Shown here piece by piece: positions 38,459 to 47,398 of a DNA stretch of 63,501 nucleotides. The position numbers were made by a program, and so were the translations under genes. The notes beneath the pieces are model-generated. The model made no database searches. It was not told the origin of the DNA and saw nothing but the letters and a program-made list of their open reading frames with translations. Position 1 is the stretch's first letter, and every line of letters begins with the position of its first letter. The stretch comes from Candidatus Micrarchaeota archaeon (GTDB lineage: Archaea > Micrarchaeota > Micrarchaeia > Micrarchaeales > CABMGC01): the NCBI GenBank assembly GCA_027319905.1, contig DAHVMJ010000004.1, positions 1-63,501 of the forward strand. Reading direction: 5' to 3'.

Positions 38459-39619
38459 TCAAGCAGTTATTTCACCAAGAATGTGAGTTTTCAATTTCTT
38501 CTTGGCATCGAGATAATCGGCTACTGTTGAGCCCTTTAAGAATTTGCCAGATGCCTTGAGTTCCCCATCGCTAAGGAAAACCTCGTGTATCCGTGAATAA
38601 TCTATGGCTTTAGATATAAGCAGTTTATTTTTCATTGCTTCTTTTGAATTTATTTCTTTGACGAGCGTATCAGAATAAAAGTCATTATGAATTTTCTCTA
38701 TCTTTCCTTCGGCTAATATCTCTGCAAGTGGTTTAACAGTTAAATCTTTGCGGAAGAATTTAATTCCATCCCACTCTCTTGGCCCTCCGCCTCTTACTCT
38801 TACTCTATAAGAGTACAAATCTCCGAAATTAAATTGTGAGTCGTGTATTCTAGAAACGGTATCATCATATGCTCGTTTTTCTATATTTATTATGTTGAAT
38901 AGAACATCTCCAGATGCTAGCTTACTAAGAATGTTATAGTTGTGTATCGCATCTGCGGGTGGCTTATGTCTGAAACTTATGATTGGTATTGTACTCTTCC
39001 CATAAGACAAGAGTTTATTCAAAAGCAATTCAAAGACTTTTGAGTCTGCATATCCCATATCTAAAACAATATTGAGTTGCTTGCCGTTATCCGCCTCTCT
39101 TTTAATTACGCTTTCTATTTCATTAATATTCGCCGTGGGTGTGGCACCGAGCGGGACTGTGACGGGTAGAGTAAGAATATCAACAGGTAGCTGGTTTTGA
39201 ACTGCTATCAACGTATCAAGATATTTTTTAAAAAGTTCCTTGTTTTTGTATAATTCAGAATAATCAACCATTCTGACGGATGGGATAAACATTTTTAGCG
39301 TGGCGTGCTGGGCGCTTCTGAAAAATGTACTCGCCGTTCTAATTATATTTGATGGGGCTGTGTTATTTCGCACAAAGATCGAAATATCATCTATGTTCAT
39401 TGGCTGCTCATATACGAACACAGGAGACTCGCTAAATAGAGAACGTATTTCTGGAAAGTTGTTTTTTGCGCGCAAATCAGTTTGGGTAATGGCTCTTATA
39501 GGGGTACGAAAACTTGTTTTGTTATCGATTTTAAGAATTCGTGAGCCTATCTTTAACTTTGGCTCTTTTAGTTTGGAATCAAATTCGTATATGTTTTTTA
39601 ACTTTATTTTTATGCTCAT
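38459..39619 (-). CDS. cargo ORF A, unknown function (386 aa from ATG 39619)
   Basis: Its ATG overlaps the ORF B stop (ATGA). AT-rich. No family recognised with confidence. Confidence 0.55.
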   Translation of the reverse strand: MSIKIKLKNIYEFDSKLKEPKLKIGSRILKIDNKTSFRTPIRAITQTDLRAKNNFPEIRSLFSESPVFVYEQPMNIDDISIFVRNNTAPSNIIRTASTFFRSAQHATLKMFIPSVRMVDYSELYKNKELFKKYLDTLIAVQNQLPVDILTLPVTVPLGATPTANINEIESVIKREADNGKQLNIVLDMGYADSKVFELLLNKLLSYGKSTIPIISFRHKPPADAIHNYNILSKLASGDVLFNIINIEKRAYDDTVSRIHDSQFNFGDLYSYRVRVRGGGPREWDGIKFFRKDLTVKPLAEILAEGKIEKIHNDFYSDTLVKEINSKEAMKNKLLISKAIDYSRIHEVFLSDGELKASGKFLKGSTVADYLDAKKKLKTHILGEITA

Positions 39620-40200
39620 GCTCCGTGTCGACCCCAAGTAACATCCATGTACAACTTCTTCACCGTTGATTTTGTAGTATATTTTCTGTATTCGGGTTTG
39701 CTATAAATATACCTTAATAGCCCAGCAGGAGAGAATTCGTCAAGTTCTTTTCTGGCCATTGTGATAGTCTTGGCCAGTTTCGAGTTGCTTTTTCTTAATT
39801 TGTTGAAAATATTCCTTCCTTTACTAGTGAGATAGTAGGCCTGATTATTGGAATTCTTTCTACCTCTGTAACCTAAATAGCCACTTATAATTAATGCATT
39901 AGTGAGTTCGGCGAGTTTGAAACTATATGGCCCTAAACGATATGGGACAAACCGCAGGTCTTCTAATTTTCTTTCATAATCCAGATATTCGTTGGCAACG
40001 AGAAATGCTTCCTTTTGTAGCCTTATGTTTCCATTGAGCTCTTTCTCGCTTGCTCCTATAAGCAGCAGTATCTGTTGCAAGGCATTCAGTTGATTGTGGT
40101 CTACTTTTTTAGAATGTTTCAAACTATCCGCATATGTTCTAATTATTATCTCTGCCTCTGCCCAATCCAATACTCTCGTTCCATCGGAATAGATTTTCAT
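39616..40200 (-). CDS. cargo ORF B, unknown function (194 aa), possible C-terminal wHTH
   Basis: Its ATG overlaps the ORF C stop (ATGA). YYLTSKGRNIFNKL resembles a winged-helix wing region. Confidence 0.55.
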   Translation of the reverse strand: MKIYSDGTRVLDWAEAEIIIRTYADSLKHSKKVDHNQLNALQQILLLIGASEKELNGNIRLQKEAFLVANEYLDYERKLEDLRFVPYRLGPYSFKLAELTNALIISGYLGYRGRKNSNNQAYYLTSKGRNIFNKLRKSNSKLAKTITMARKELDEFSPAGLLRYIYSKPEYRKYTTKSTVKKLYMDVTWGRHGA

Positions 40201-40706
40201 TTGATTACCTCAAAACTTTTCAATATGAACACTACTCCTCTTTTCCTATCATTCCCTTTTTCCACATGAAGCTTAATTTTCAGCTTTTTAAGGCGTATAG
40301 CCGTGCTTTTGCCAGATTTAAGTTTTGCAAGCATTCTATTTATCTTTGTACCCTGCGAATTGATGCCTTTTAGTAAAGGGCTGAAATTAGCATAGCCTGT
40401 TGCTGCCCAAGACCCAGCGAATATATCAGAGGGTAGAAAATATCGGTCAAGTACTTCAAATACGCCCCCGTTATCAAAGACGTAGCCACAACCAAGACAT
40501 ACGTAACGTGTCTGAAAGCGAGATTTAATCGAAGAATTAGAAGATGTCGCAGACGATACCCCCGCTGAGAATAAGGGTATGCCGCCTTTCGCTTTCGAAG
40601 CAGAACTTTTCGCAGAACCTGTGTCAATTACGCTGCCTTTTGATAATTGAATATTATTAGTACCACACTTAGGACAATATCGAAAAAATACTCCGTTTCT
40701 CCTCAT
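40197..40706 (-). CDS. cargo ORF C, zinc-ribbon protein of unknown function (169 aa)
   Basis: CPKCG ... CLGCG pairs are separated by a Ser-rich low-complexity linker. It is the first gene of the operon. Confidence 0.5.
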   Translation of the reverse strand: MRRNGVFFRYCPKCGTNNIQLSKGSVIDTGSAKSSASKAKGGIPLFSAGVSSATSSNSSIKSRFQTRYVCLGCGYVFDNGGVFEVLDRYFLPSDIFAGSWAATGYANFSPLLKGINSQGTKINRMLAKLKSGKSTAIRLKKLKIKLHVEKGNDRKRGVVFILKSFEVIK

Positions 40707-40751
40707 CCGCTCGCTTTCTTTGAAACTTATATTCTAATCGCATCCTTGCTA

Positions 40752-40761
40752 TTTAAATACT
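40752..40761. promoter_or_regulatory. palindromic TATA-like box tatttaaata between the divergent cargo operon and int(N)
   Basis: About 42 nt upstream of ATG 40798. A second A/T box (aaacttatattct, 40726-40738) lies about 26 nt upstream of the ORF C ATG. Confidence 0.35.
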
Positions 40762-40797
40762 CTCGCAGAGAGCTAACAGCACTTTTCGGTTGTGTTT

Positions 40798-40875
40798 ATG
40801 CCCCAAAAAAATTCTAATTTTCTAGCGCCGAACTCCTATTCTGTCGTCGATAATGACGACTGGGCCCGCCGAGAG
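40798..40875 (+). CDS. int(N) fragment: 20 codons (MPQKNSNFLAPNSYSVVDND) reading in phase into attR
   Basis: ATG at 40798. It reads the 18-bp core as D-W-A-R-R-E, the same phase as int(C) at attL. Confidence 0.45.
40858..40875. repeat. attR core gactgggcccgccgagag
   Basis: Identical to 37335-37352. Positions 40861-40875 are the 3' terminal 15 nt of tRNA-Val. Confidence 0.8.
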
Positions 40876-40931
40876 TCGAACTCGGCTCTCCACTCTGTGA
40901 AAGTGGCGTCTTACCGATGGACCACGAGCCC
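40861..40931 (-). tRNA. tRNA-Val(CAC)
   Basis: Hand fold: GGGCTCG/CGGGCCC acceptor, anticodon arm CCACT-TTCACAG-AGTGG, T arm CCGAG-TTCGACT-CTCGG, discriminator A. No encoded CCA. Confidence 0.85.
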
Positions 40932-40977
40932 TCATTTTTAATAAGTTCGCAACATATTAAATGCAATAAGTGGGGGC

Positions 40978-41517
40978 ATGCCTTACTACACTGGCAAAGG
41001 GGATAAAGGCTACAGCGGCCTGTTGGGGGAAGGAAGGTTCGCCAAGAATGATCCTGTGATTGCGTCGATAGGAGAGATTGACGAGCTGAACAGCGCGATA
41101 GGTGTTGCGCTCTACTACACGCACGACGATCTGGTAAGAGCAAGGCTCAGGGAGATACAGAATGATCTTTTCATAATAGGCGCGAGCGTGGCCTCAGCGC
41201 AGAATGTAAAACTTGCGAAGGCGAAGCTCGGAGACGGCGCTGTGGGCGGACTGGAGGAGGCGATAGGCGACATGGGCAGGCGCATGCCCGAACTCAAAAA
41301 GTTTGTCATACCTGGAGGTTGCGAAGCAGCTGTACACTTGCATCTCGCCAGGGCGATTGCAAGAAGGGCGGAGAGGAGCGTAGTTGCAGCCTCGAAGGCA
41401 CATGCGATAGACCAGAGGATAATGGGCTATATGAACAGGCTCTCCTCATACCTGTTTGTTGCGGCGCTGTACCTGAACTACATTGAAGGGGTTAGGGAGT
41501 CGCATCCGGCCTATTAG
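40978..41517 (+). CDS. ATP:cob(I)alamin adenosyltransferase, PduO type
   Basis: YTGKGDKGYSGL...IGEIDELNSAIG N-terminal signature. Confidence 0.75.
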   Translation: MPYYTGKGDKGYSGLLGEGRFAKNDPVIASIGEIDELNSAIGVALYYTHDDLVRARLREIQNDLFIIGASVASAQNVKLAKAKLGDGAVGGLEEAIGDMGRRMPELKKFVIPGGCEAAVHLHLARAIARRAERSVVAASKAHAIDQRIMGYMNRLSSYLFVAALYLNYIEGVRESHPAY

Positions 41518-41977
41518 GCGCGTTGAAGTACTCCTTGAACTTGTTTGTCGTGCTTACCCTCCAGCTCCTCCCCTGCCTCCTCCTTTCTATGAAACCATGC
41601 TCGAGCAGCTCCTTGATGTGGTCGTACGTAGACGCGCCAAAGACCTTGACCAGGTAGCTCTGCACCGAGTTCTTGTTCTGACTGACATACGCGAGCAGCT
41701 TTAGGGCGCCCTTGGTTATGTCCGGACCGCTGGCAAGCTGGCTGACCCTGCTCGCGTACGGTTCCTTGAGCGTGAGCATATATTTTTTGTCTATCTCCAG
41801 CACCTCGAGCGAGGTGTCCCTGGATGCGTACTCGGACCTGAGCTCGTTCAGCATCTGCTCTATGTGGCCCATTGACTTTATCCCAGTTATCCCGGACAGG
41901 TCCCCGACGCTGAGCGCGTTCGGTGACATGAAGAGCGCCGCTTCTATCAGCCTCTTGTAATCGAGCTGCTCGTCCAT
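41492..41977 (-). CDS. scpB: segregation and condensation protein B (ScpB)
   Basis: MDEQLDYKRLIEAALFMSPNALSVGDL start at 41977. Two wHTH repeats. Directly downstream of scpA. Confidence 0.7.
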   Translation of the reverse strand: MDEQLDYKRLIEAALFMSPNALSVGDLSGITGIKSMGHIEQMLNELRSEYASRDTSLEVLEIDKKYMLTLKEPYASRVSQLASGPDITKGALKLLAYVSQNKNSVQSYLVKVFGASTYDHIKELLEHGFIERRRQGRSWRVSTTNKFKEYFNAPNRPDATP

Positions 41978-41985
41978 GCACACTC

Positions 41986-42678
41986 CTAGTTGAGCGATAC
42001 CAGTATCTCGCCGAAGAACGTCTCCTGAAGCAGAAGAACCCTGTTCTTGTTTGCAAGGAAGAGCAGGGGTATGAAGACTTCGATAAGCGGGCTGCCGCCG
42101 TCTGCGCTGTCGCACAGGAGCGAGTACGTGACCATCTTGCTCCCGTCCATGTTCTTCTTGATCAGAGAGAAGACCTTCTCCACTTCTGCTTCCACGTTTG
42201 CGTGGCTGAATGTGAGCTGAACCGGCTTGGCGTCAGTCGAGCTTGCCTGCGCCTCCCTGTACTCCTTGAGTTTCATCGCCTCCTCGAGCGCCGCGATGAG
42301 CTCGTTGAGAGATACGCGACTCTTCGGGGGCAGTCTCATCCTTATGGAGAGCCCCTCCGCTGGCACAAATGCTGGCATGAGAACCTGCTCCTCGCCGCCT
42401 TCGTCTTCGTGCTTCTCCTCCAGCTCGAGCATGTCGCTCTTCATCCTCAGCAGTATCGCCGCTGCGAGGATTATGTTCGCCGGCACTCGCAGGTCCAGCA
42501 CCTTCATGTGCTTTACTACCTCTATGTATCTCTCGACTATGTCGACGAGATCTATGTCCCAGGGATTCAGCTCGTTCTTCTTGACCAGCTCTACAAGTAT
42601 GTCCTTCCAGGTAGCCTCACGAACCAGATCCTCTATGTCAAACTTACTAACGCTAACTGTGCTCTCGATCTCCTGCAT
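41986..42678 (-). CDS. scpA: segregation and condensation protein A (ScpA, kleisin)
   Basis: NELNPWDIDLVDIVERYIE N-terminal motif and a C-terminal winged helix. Confidence 0.7.
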   Translation of the reverse strand: MQEIESTVSVSKFDIEDLVREATWKDILVELVKKNELNPWDIDLVDIVERYIEVVKHMKVLDLRVPANIILAAAILLRMKSDMLELEEKHEDEGGEEQVLMPAFVPAEGLSIRMRLPPKSRVSLNELIAALEEAMKLKEYREAQASSTDAKPVQLTFSHANVEAEVEKVFSLIKKNMDGSKMVTYSLLCDSADGGSPLIEVFIPLLFLANKNRVLLLQETFFGEILVSLN

Positions 42679-42798
42679 CTTCTGTCGCCGTATATATGCT
42701 CTCGGTATAGTAATAAAAAACTTATCTATGCGCGCGGTTGCGGCTGTGCCCCTATTCCGCTATTTGCGGCGTTGAGTACGCACGCTTCTGGCGCGTCG

Positions 42799-43689
42799 TT
42801 ATTCTGTTCTGCGTTCCAGTAGGCCATGCTGTTTTGCATACTGTCTGCCGTCGGAAGACGCCAGATAGCCGAAGCGGCTGCTCTCGGCCAGACCTCTCTT
42901 GCTCAGTTCGCGCAACGCGTTATCTACACTGGCAGGACTTTCATTCATCTCCTGTGCTACGACTCCAGAGCTTTTGGCCATGCTGGTGCGCCTCAACAGG
43001 TGTACTAGTATCTTTTTGGCCAGGGAATCGAGTTCGTATGCATCATACTCCTCCTTGCTGTATATCTCGTCTTGCGACATGGTGCGCGGCTTGGTGTCTT
43101 TTGCCTCGTCGTGCTTCTCGCCTCTCTTTGAAGCTCCTGAGTATCTGAATATCAGCGCTATCTCGTTGAGGTCCTCAAGGCAGTCTACTATCTTCTTCTT
43201 ACCTGTCCCTTCTTCTATGAAGGGCAGCGCTCTATCCACGAGCTCCATCGCCTTCTCAATCTCGCCCTTCTCCCACTGCCCTCCAATGGCTTCTGCTGCA
43301 CGTTTGCCTAGGAAATCAAAGGTTTCAGCCTGCGTTTGGTTCTTGAGGCGTATGTTCATGGCGGTTATTTCAGAAAGCAGGCGGAGCGTGTGCGAGCTTT
43401 CCTCGGGATACCTTTTCATCAGCTCCGCGAGCTTCAAGGCCGATTCGAAAATGTCCTTGTCCTGCCAGTTCAGCAGGCCCAGCGAGATCACTATCTCGGA
43501 GTCGTATGCAGATTCGCGCATGCCTGCCGCGAACTTCACTATCTTCTCGCCCAGAATCGCCTCTTCTAGCTTATCCGTGTAGAACCCCAGCGTCTTCCTT
43601 GCGTACAGGTACTCTATCACGCCTACGCTTACCGTGGGCCTGTATGACTGGGCTATCTTCTTGTAGATTGACCCCTTTTCCGCCTCCAT
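42799..43689 (-). CDS. hypothetical protein with C-terminal MarR/ArsR-like wHTH
   Basis: KILVHLLRRTSMAKSSGVVAQEMNESPASVDNALRELSKRGL. Confidence 0.4.
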   Translation of the reverse strand: MEAEKGSIYKKIAQSYRPTVSVGVIEYLYARKTLGFYTDKLEEAILGEKIVKFAAGMRESAYDSEIVISLGLLNWQDKDIFESALKLAELMKRYPEESSHTLRLLSEITAMNIRLKNQTQAETFDFLGKRAAEAIGGQWEKGEIEKAMELVDRALPFIEEGTGKKKIVDCLEDLNEIALIFRYSGASKRGEKHDEAKDTKPRTMSQDEIYSKEEYDAYELDSLAKKILVHLLRRTSMAKSSGVVAQEMNESPASVDNALRELSKRGLAESSRFGYLASSDGRQYAKQHGLLERRTE

Positions 43690-43841
43690 AAAACACCTTT
43701 TGTGAGTGAGGAATGTTCGCTATGACTGTTGTGTATGGTGTTCGAATCCTGCGTTATTAAATGTTGGCTTTACGGCTTGATGCCGGCGCTTCGCCTCACC
43801 TGAACGCATTAATAGTTTAGCCTGGCAATAAGTATGATTGC

Positions 43842-45461
43842 ATGTCTAGTTTTCAGAACGAATCAACGTATAGGAGCTACGTGGAGCGAGGCAACGAGGC
43901 CGAGTTTGACAAACTATTCGAGGAGGCTGTGGAGCGAGTGAAAAGGGAGGTGCTGGGCAAGAAGCACGGCATTTTCATAAACGGCAAGGAGATCTTTGCA
44001 AACGAGGAGCTGGTCGAGAGATCGCCGATTGATGGAGCTGTGATGGGCACCTTCCAGAAAGGCACGCAGGAGCATGCGATGCAAGCCATATCTGCGGCGA
44101 AGGCTGCGTTCGAGAACTGGTCGGGTACGGACTACAGGGAACGCGTGAAAATTATGCGTAACGCAGTTGAACTGTTCAGGAAGCACAAGTTCGAGATTGC
44201 TGCGATACTAAGCATGGAAAATGGAAAGAGCAGATATGAATCAGTCGGAGAGGTGGACGAAGCGATAGACTTCCTGAACTACTATTCCGATGAGATGCTG
44301 AGAAACAAGGGCTTCGTGAGGAAGACAAGGATAGGGGCGAGCAGCAAGCAGGTCACTGCTGGCTTCCAGGGAGCTCCAGGAAACGAGGAGAGGATAACTC
44401 TGCCTCTCAGACCATACGGCGTCTTTGGCGTGATAGCTCCGTTCAACTTCCCCGTATCCATCTCTACAGGAATGAGCACTGGCGCGCTAATAACCGGCAA
44501 TACAGTAGTGTTCAAGCCCTCCTCTACCGACAACATGACGATGCTGACCGGCCTGAAAATCTACGAGATGTTCAGGGAGGCGGGTGTGCCGGAGGGCGCG
44601 TTCAACTACATAACTGGCCCTGGCTCGGAGGTAGGCAACGAGCTGGTGGTTAGTCCTGACGTGAACGGCATAGCGTTCACCGGCTCGCGTGCTACAGGGT
44701 TAGAAATGATGAAAAGGGCGCTTGAACTCAATCTTACGAAGGCGTTCATAGTGGAGATGGGAGGCAAAAACCCGACGATAGTGAGCAAGAAAGCAGACAT
44801 AAACGATGCTGTTGACGGAGTGGCGAGTGCTGCGTTCGGATTCGACGGACAAAAGTGCAGTGCCTGCTCGCGCGTCTACGTGCAGGACAGCATCAAGGAG
44901 GAATTTGTGAGCAAGCTGATAGACAAGATGAGGAGCTTCAAGATAGGCGACCCGCTCAAGAAAGAGACGTACATGGGCCCGCTGATAAGCCAGAAAGCGC
45001 TGGACAAGTACAAGACAAGCATGGAAGAGGCGAAGAGCACGGGCAAGGTTCTCTACGGAGGAAATACGGTCAACGCCGGCTTGCAGGGCGCATACGTGGA
45101 ACCTGCACTTATCGAGGTAGAGCAGAGCAACAAACTGATGCACGAAGAACTCTTCGTACCAATACTAGCGCTCGGCACATTCAAGAAATTCGACGAAGCG
45201 CTGCAGAAGGCAAACGACGTTGAGTTCGGGTTGACGGCAGGGTTATACAGCAAGAACAGGAAGGAGATGACAGAGTTCACCAGACAGGCGCAGGCAGGCG
45301 TGGTATACATAAACAGGCGAACCAGCGCGACCACGGGCGCGATAGTGGGCATGCACACGTTCGGCGGATGGAAGGGCAGTGGACTCACTGGCAAGGGCAC
45401 CGGCAGCAGATACTACCTTCCGCAGTTCATGCACGAGCAGAGCGTTGCAGTTGCGAAGTGA
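43842..45461 (+). CDS. aldehyde dehydrogenase family, probably 1-pyrroline-5-carboxylate (glutamate semialdehyde) dehydrogenase
   Basis: FNFPVSI, EMGGKNP and GQKCSACSR catalytic motifs. The 539-aa length and N-terminal extension are typical of P5CDH. Confidence 0.7.
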   Translation: MSSFQNESTYRSYVERGNEAEFDKLFEEAVERVKREVLGKKHGIFINGKEIFANEELVERSPIDGAVMGTFQKGTQEHAMQAISAAKAAFENWSGTDYRERVKIMRNAVELFRKHKFEIAAILSMENGKSRYESVGEVDEAIDFLNYYSDEMLRNKGFVRKTRIGASSKQVTAGFQGAPGNEERITLPLRPYGVFGVIAPFNFPVSISTGMSTGALITGNTVVFKPSSTDNMTMLTGLKIYEMFREAGVPEGAFNYITGPGSEVGNELVVSPDVNGIAFTGSRATGLEMMKRALELNLTKAFIVEMGGKNPTIVSKKADINDAVDGVASAAFGFDGQKCSACSRVYVQDSIKEEFVSKLIDKMRSFKIGDPLKKETYMGPLISQKALDKYKTSMEEAKSTGKVLYGGNTVNAGLQGAYVEPALIEVEQSNKLMHEELFVPILALGTFKKFDEALQKANDVEFGLTAGLYSKNRKEMTEFTRQAQAGVVYINRRTSATTGAIVGMHTFGGWKGSGLTGKGTGSRYYLPQFMHEQSVAVAK

Positions 45462-45940
45462 CTCGCTTGGACAAGATTGAGATACTCATACGGGACTACC
45501 TCGAAAAGGCAAAGCTGATGCAGATAGCCACAGTGAGCAAGGGGAAACCGTGGGTTGCATCGGTGTGGTACGTGCACGACGATACGCTTAACCTTTACTT
45601 CATCTCGCGCAAGACCAGAAGGCATTCGCTGGAGCTCAAAGCTGACCCAAATGTTGCTGGAGCGATAACGACGCCGCATGTAATCGGGAGCGGAGAAAAA
45701 GCAAGGGGGCTCCAGTTCGAGGGAACGGCTGAGGAATGCGCGGGCAGAGGCATGGAGACAGCGAGAGAACTGTACATGAAAAAGTATGCCGGAGCGGAGG
45801 ACATATCCCTAGAGGAGCTCAGAGATCCCAGCTTCATCGCCGCATTCTACGTTGTGCATCCAAGCGTGTTCGTGCTGTTCGACGAGGTAAACTTCCCGAA
45901 AGAGCCGAGGCAGGAGCTCAGGGTCGGAAGGAATGGGTGA
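45458..45940 (+). CDS. pyridoxamine 5'-phosphate oxidase-like FMN-binding split-barrel protein
   Basis: MQIATVSKGKPWVASVWYVHDD...LYFISRKTRRHS. The GTG at 45458 overlaps the ALDH stop; a TTG at 45467 is an alternative start. Confidence 0.55.
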   Translation: MTRLDKIEILIRDYLEKAKLMQIATVSKGKPWVASVWYVHDDTLNLYFISRKTRRHSLELKADPNVAGAITTPHVIGSGEKARGLQFEGTAEECAGRGMETARELYMKKYAGAEDISLEELRDPSFIAAFYVVHPSVFVLFDEVNFPKEPRQELRVGRNG

Positions 45941-46355
45941 TATCGTGCTCACGAAAGCTTTCTATGAGATACTAAACAGGCAGCCCTACAAGACCGAGAC
46001 GGTAGTGGTGGGAAGGAAGAAGCTGAAGGTCGAAGTGGCTGACAGTTTCATGAAGAAGATGATAGGGCTCATGTACAGGGAAAACATGGGCAAGACCGAC
46101 GGCATGCTCTTTAAAATATCAGAGCCGGGGGTAATGGCCTCAACGATAACCACGATCAACATGAGGTTCAGCATAGACATAGTGTGGCTGGACTCGAGAA
46201 AAAGGGTGGTGGATGTGGCCAGGAATGCCGAACCCTCACCATCGATATTTGCTTCCTACAGGCCAAGGAAGCCGGCCGCATATGTGATGGAGCTCAGGGC
46301 AGGAGCGGCTAAGAAACTCGGCATAGAGCCAGGCGATAAGGTCGCATTCCCTTGA
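45933..46355 (+). CDS. DUF192 protein
   Basis: KMIGLMYRENMGKTDGMLF ... MRFSIDIVWLD pattern. Confidence 0.6.
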   Translation: MGDIVLTKAFYEILNRQPYKTETVVVGRKKLKVEVADSFMKKMIGLMYRENMGKTDGMLFKISEPGVMASTITTINMRFSIDIVWLDSRKRVVDVARNAEPSPSIFASYRPRKPAAYVMELRAGAAKKLGIEPGDKVAFP

Positions 46356-46423
46356 TGCATCGTCAGACGTTGATGCTGAACGCACTGGTATAAAAGGCAA
46401 ATCAGCGCAGGCGTTCTCATTTC

Positions 46424-46963
46424 ATGAGTGGAGAACTTAGGTTCAGGTCGCAGGTCAGCAATGTCGCGGTGCAGGGACACGTCACTGAAGCATTCGCCCT
46501 GGTGGGACTGCACGACAATATGGATGAGAGCTCAGGTCGTTATCTCCACCAGTACATCCTTGCCTACGACACCGCGAACGTCAGGCCGGAGCATATTTCT
46601 GAGATGGTGCAGAGCAAAATAATCGAGACTGCGGAAGAGACAGGTTTCGCGGCGAAGTTGCTGGAAATGCGCGGAGAGCACCGCGCCCTTAAGGCGGTGA
46701 TCATCAGCGACTGGCAGGGCCACGAGGCCGTACTTGGAGCGAGGGAGGTGAAGAACAAGAGTCTTGAGGGCACGCCTTTCCACAGCACAATGGTCATTGG
46801 AGGTTTCGTGAAGAAGGACGTTGTAGACGCTCCCGGAGGCGGTGAATTTGTGTCGATGGTGGAAAAGATAAACGGAAAGACTGTGGACAAGCTCTTTGGA
46901 ATGGAGAGCATGCGGGACGTATACTCGCTGATGAGAAAAGGCAATCCGAACTACATACAGTAA
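46424..46963 (+). CDS. hypothetical protein
   Basis: 179-aa ORF with no family recognised. Confidence 0.4.
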   Translation: MSGELRFRSQVSNVAVQGHVTEAFALVGLHDNMDESSGRYLHQYILAYDTANVRPEHISEMVQSKIIETAEETGFAAKLLEMRGEHRALKAVIISDWQGHEAVLGAREVKNKSLEGTPFHSTMVIGGFVKKDVVDAPGGGEFVSMVEKINGKTVDKLFGMESMRDVYSLMRKGNPNYIQ

Positions 46964-46966
46964 CCA

Positions 46967-47038
46967 AGCCGCCGGCGAGGATTGAACTCGCGACCTTCTG
47001 CTTACCATGCAGACGCTCTACCACTGAGCTACAGCGGC
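46967..47038 (-). tRNA. tRNA-Thr(GGU)
   Basis: Hand fold: GCCGCTG/CGGCGGC, D arm GCTC-AGTGGTA-GAGC, anticodon arm TCTGC-ATGGTAA-GCAGA, T arm GCGAG-TTCAATC-CTCGC. Confidence 0.9.
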
Positions 47039-47053
47039 CTGGTAAACAAGTTG

Positions 47054-47308
47054 CTAAGAAACCTTATATACCGTGTCGCCCTCGTGCACCTTTCCGTCGA
47101 CCTTCAGGCCGACATCGTCGCCGGTCTTGCACGCGTCTACGTTCTTGTGGTTGATCTGCATGCTCGACACCTTCTGCGCGAGTTTTTCTCCAGCGCCTTC
47201 TATCTCTATGTCGTCCCCTACTTTCAACTCGCCGCTGAGCGAGACAACAGCCACACCCACATGTCCGTAGTAGTGCGTTATAATTCCCACCGCGTTCCTT
47301 TCGCCCAT
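47054..47308 (-). CDS. small beta-barrel protein (EF-Tu domain 2-like)
   Basis: 84 aa with VGIITHYYGHVGVAVVSLSGELKVGDDIEI ... GDDVGLKV pattern. Confidence 0.45.
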   Translation of the reverse strand: MGERNAVGIITHYYGHVGVAVVSLSGELKVGDDIEIEGAGEKLAQKVSSMQINHKNVDACKTGDDVGLKVDGKVHEGDTVYKVS

Positions 47309-47398
47309 GATAGAAATAGGGAGCGGAAAAACTAAAACCTTCGCATTTCTGATGGGTATAAAAATATGTATTACATAACCGAGTTATATGGGGGCGGA

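Larger units (their letters stand above)
37335..40875. mobile_element. integrated element (~3.5 kb) in tRNA-Val(CAC), with split tyrosine-recombinase gene and AT-rich 3-gene cargo operon
   Basis: Perfect 18-bp direct repeats at both ends, the right one forming the tRNA 3' end. Integrase sits next to the left repeat. Sampled 60-nt lines give about 27-35% GC in the cargo versus about 53% in the flank. Confidence 0.75.
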
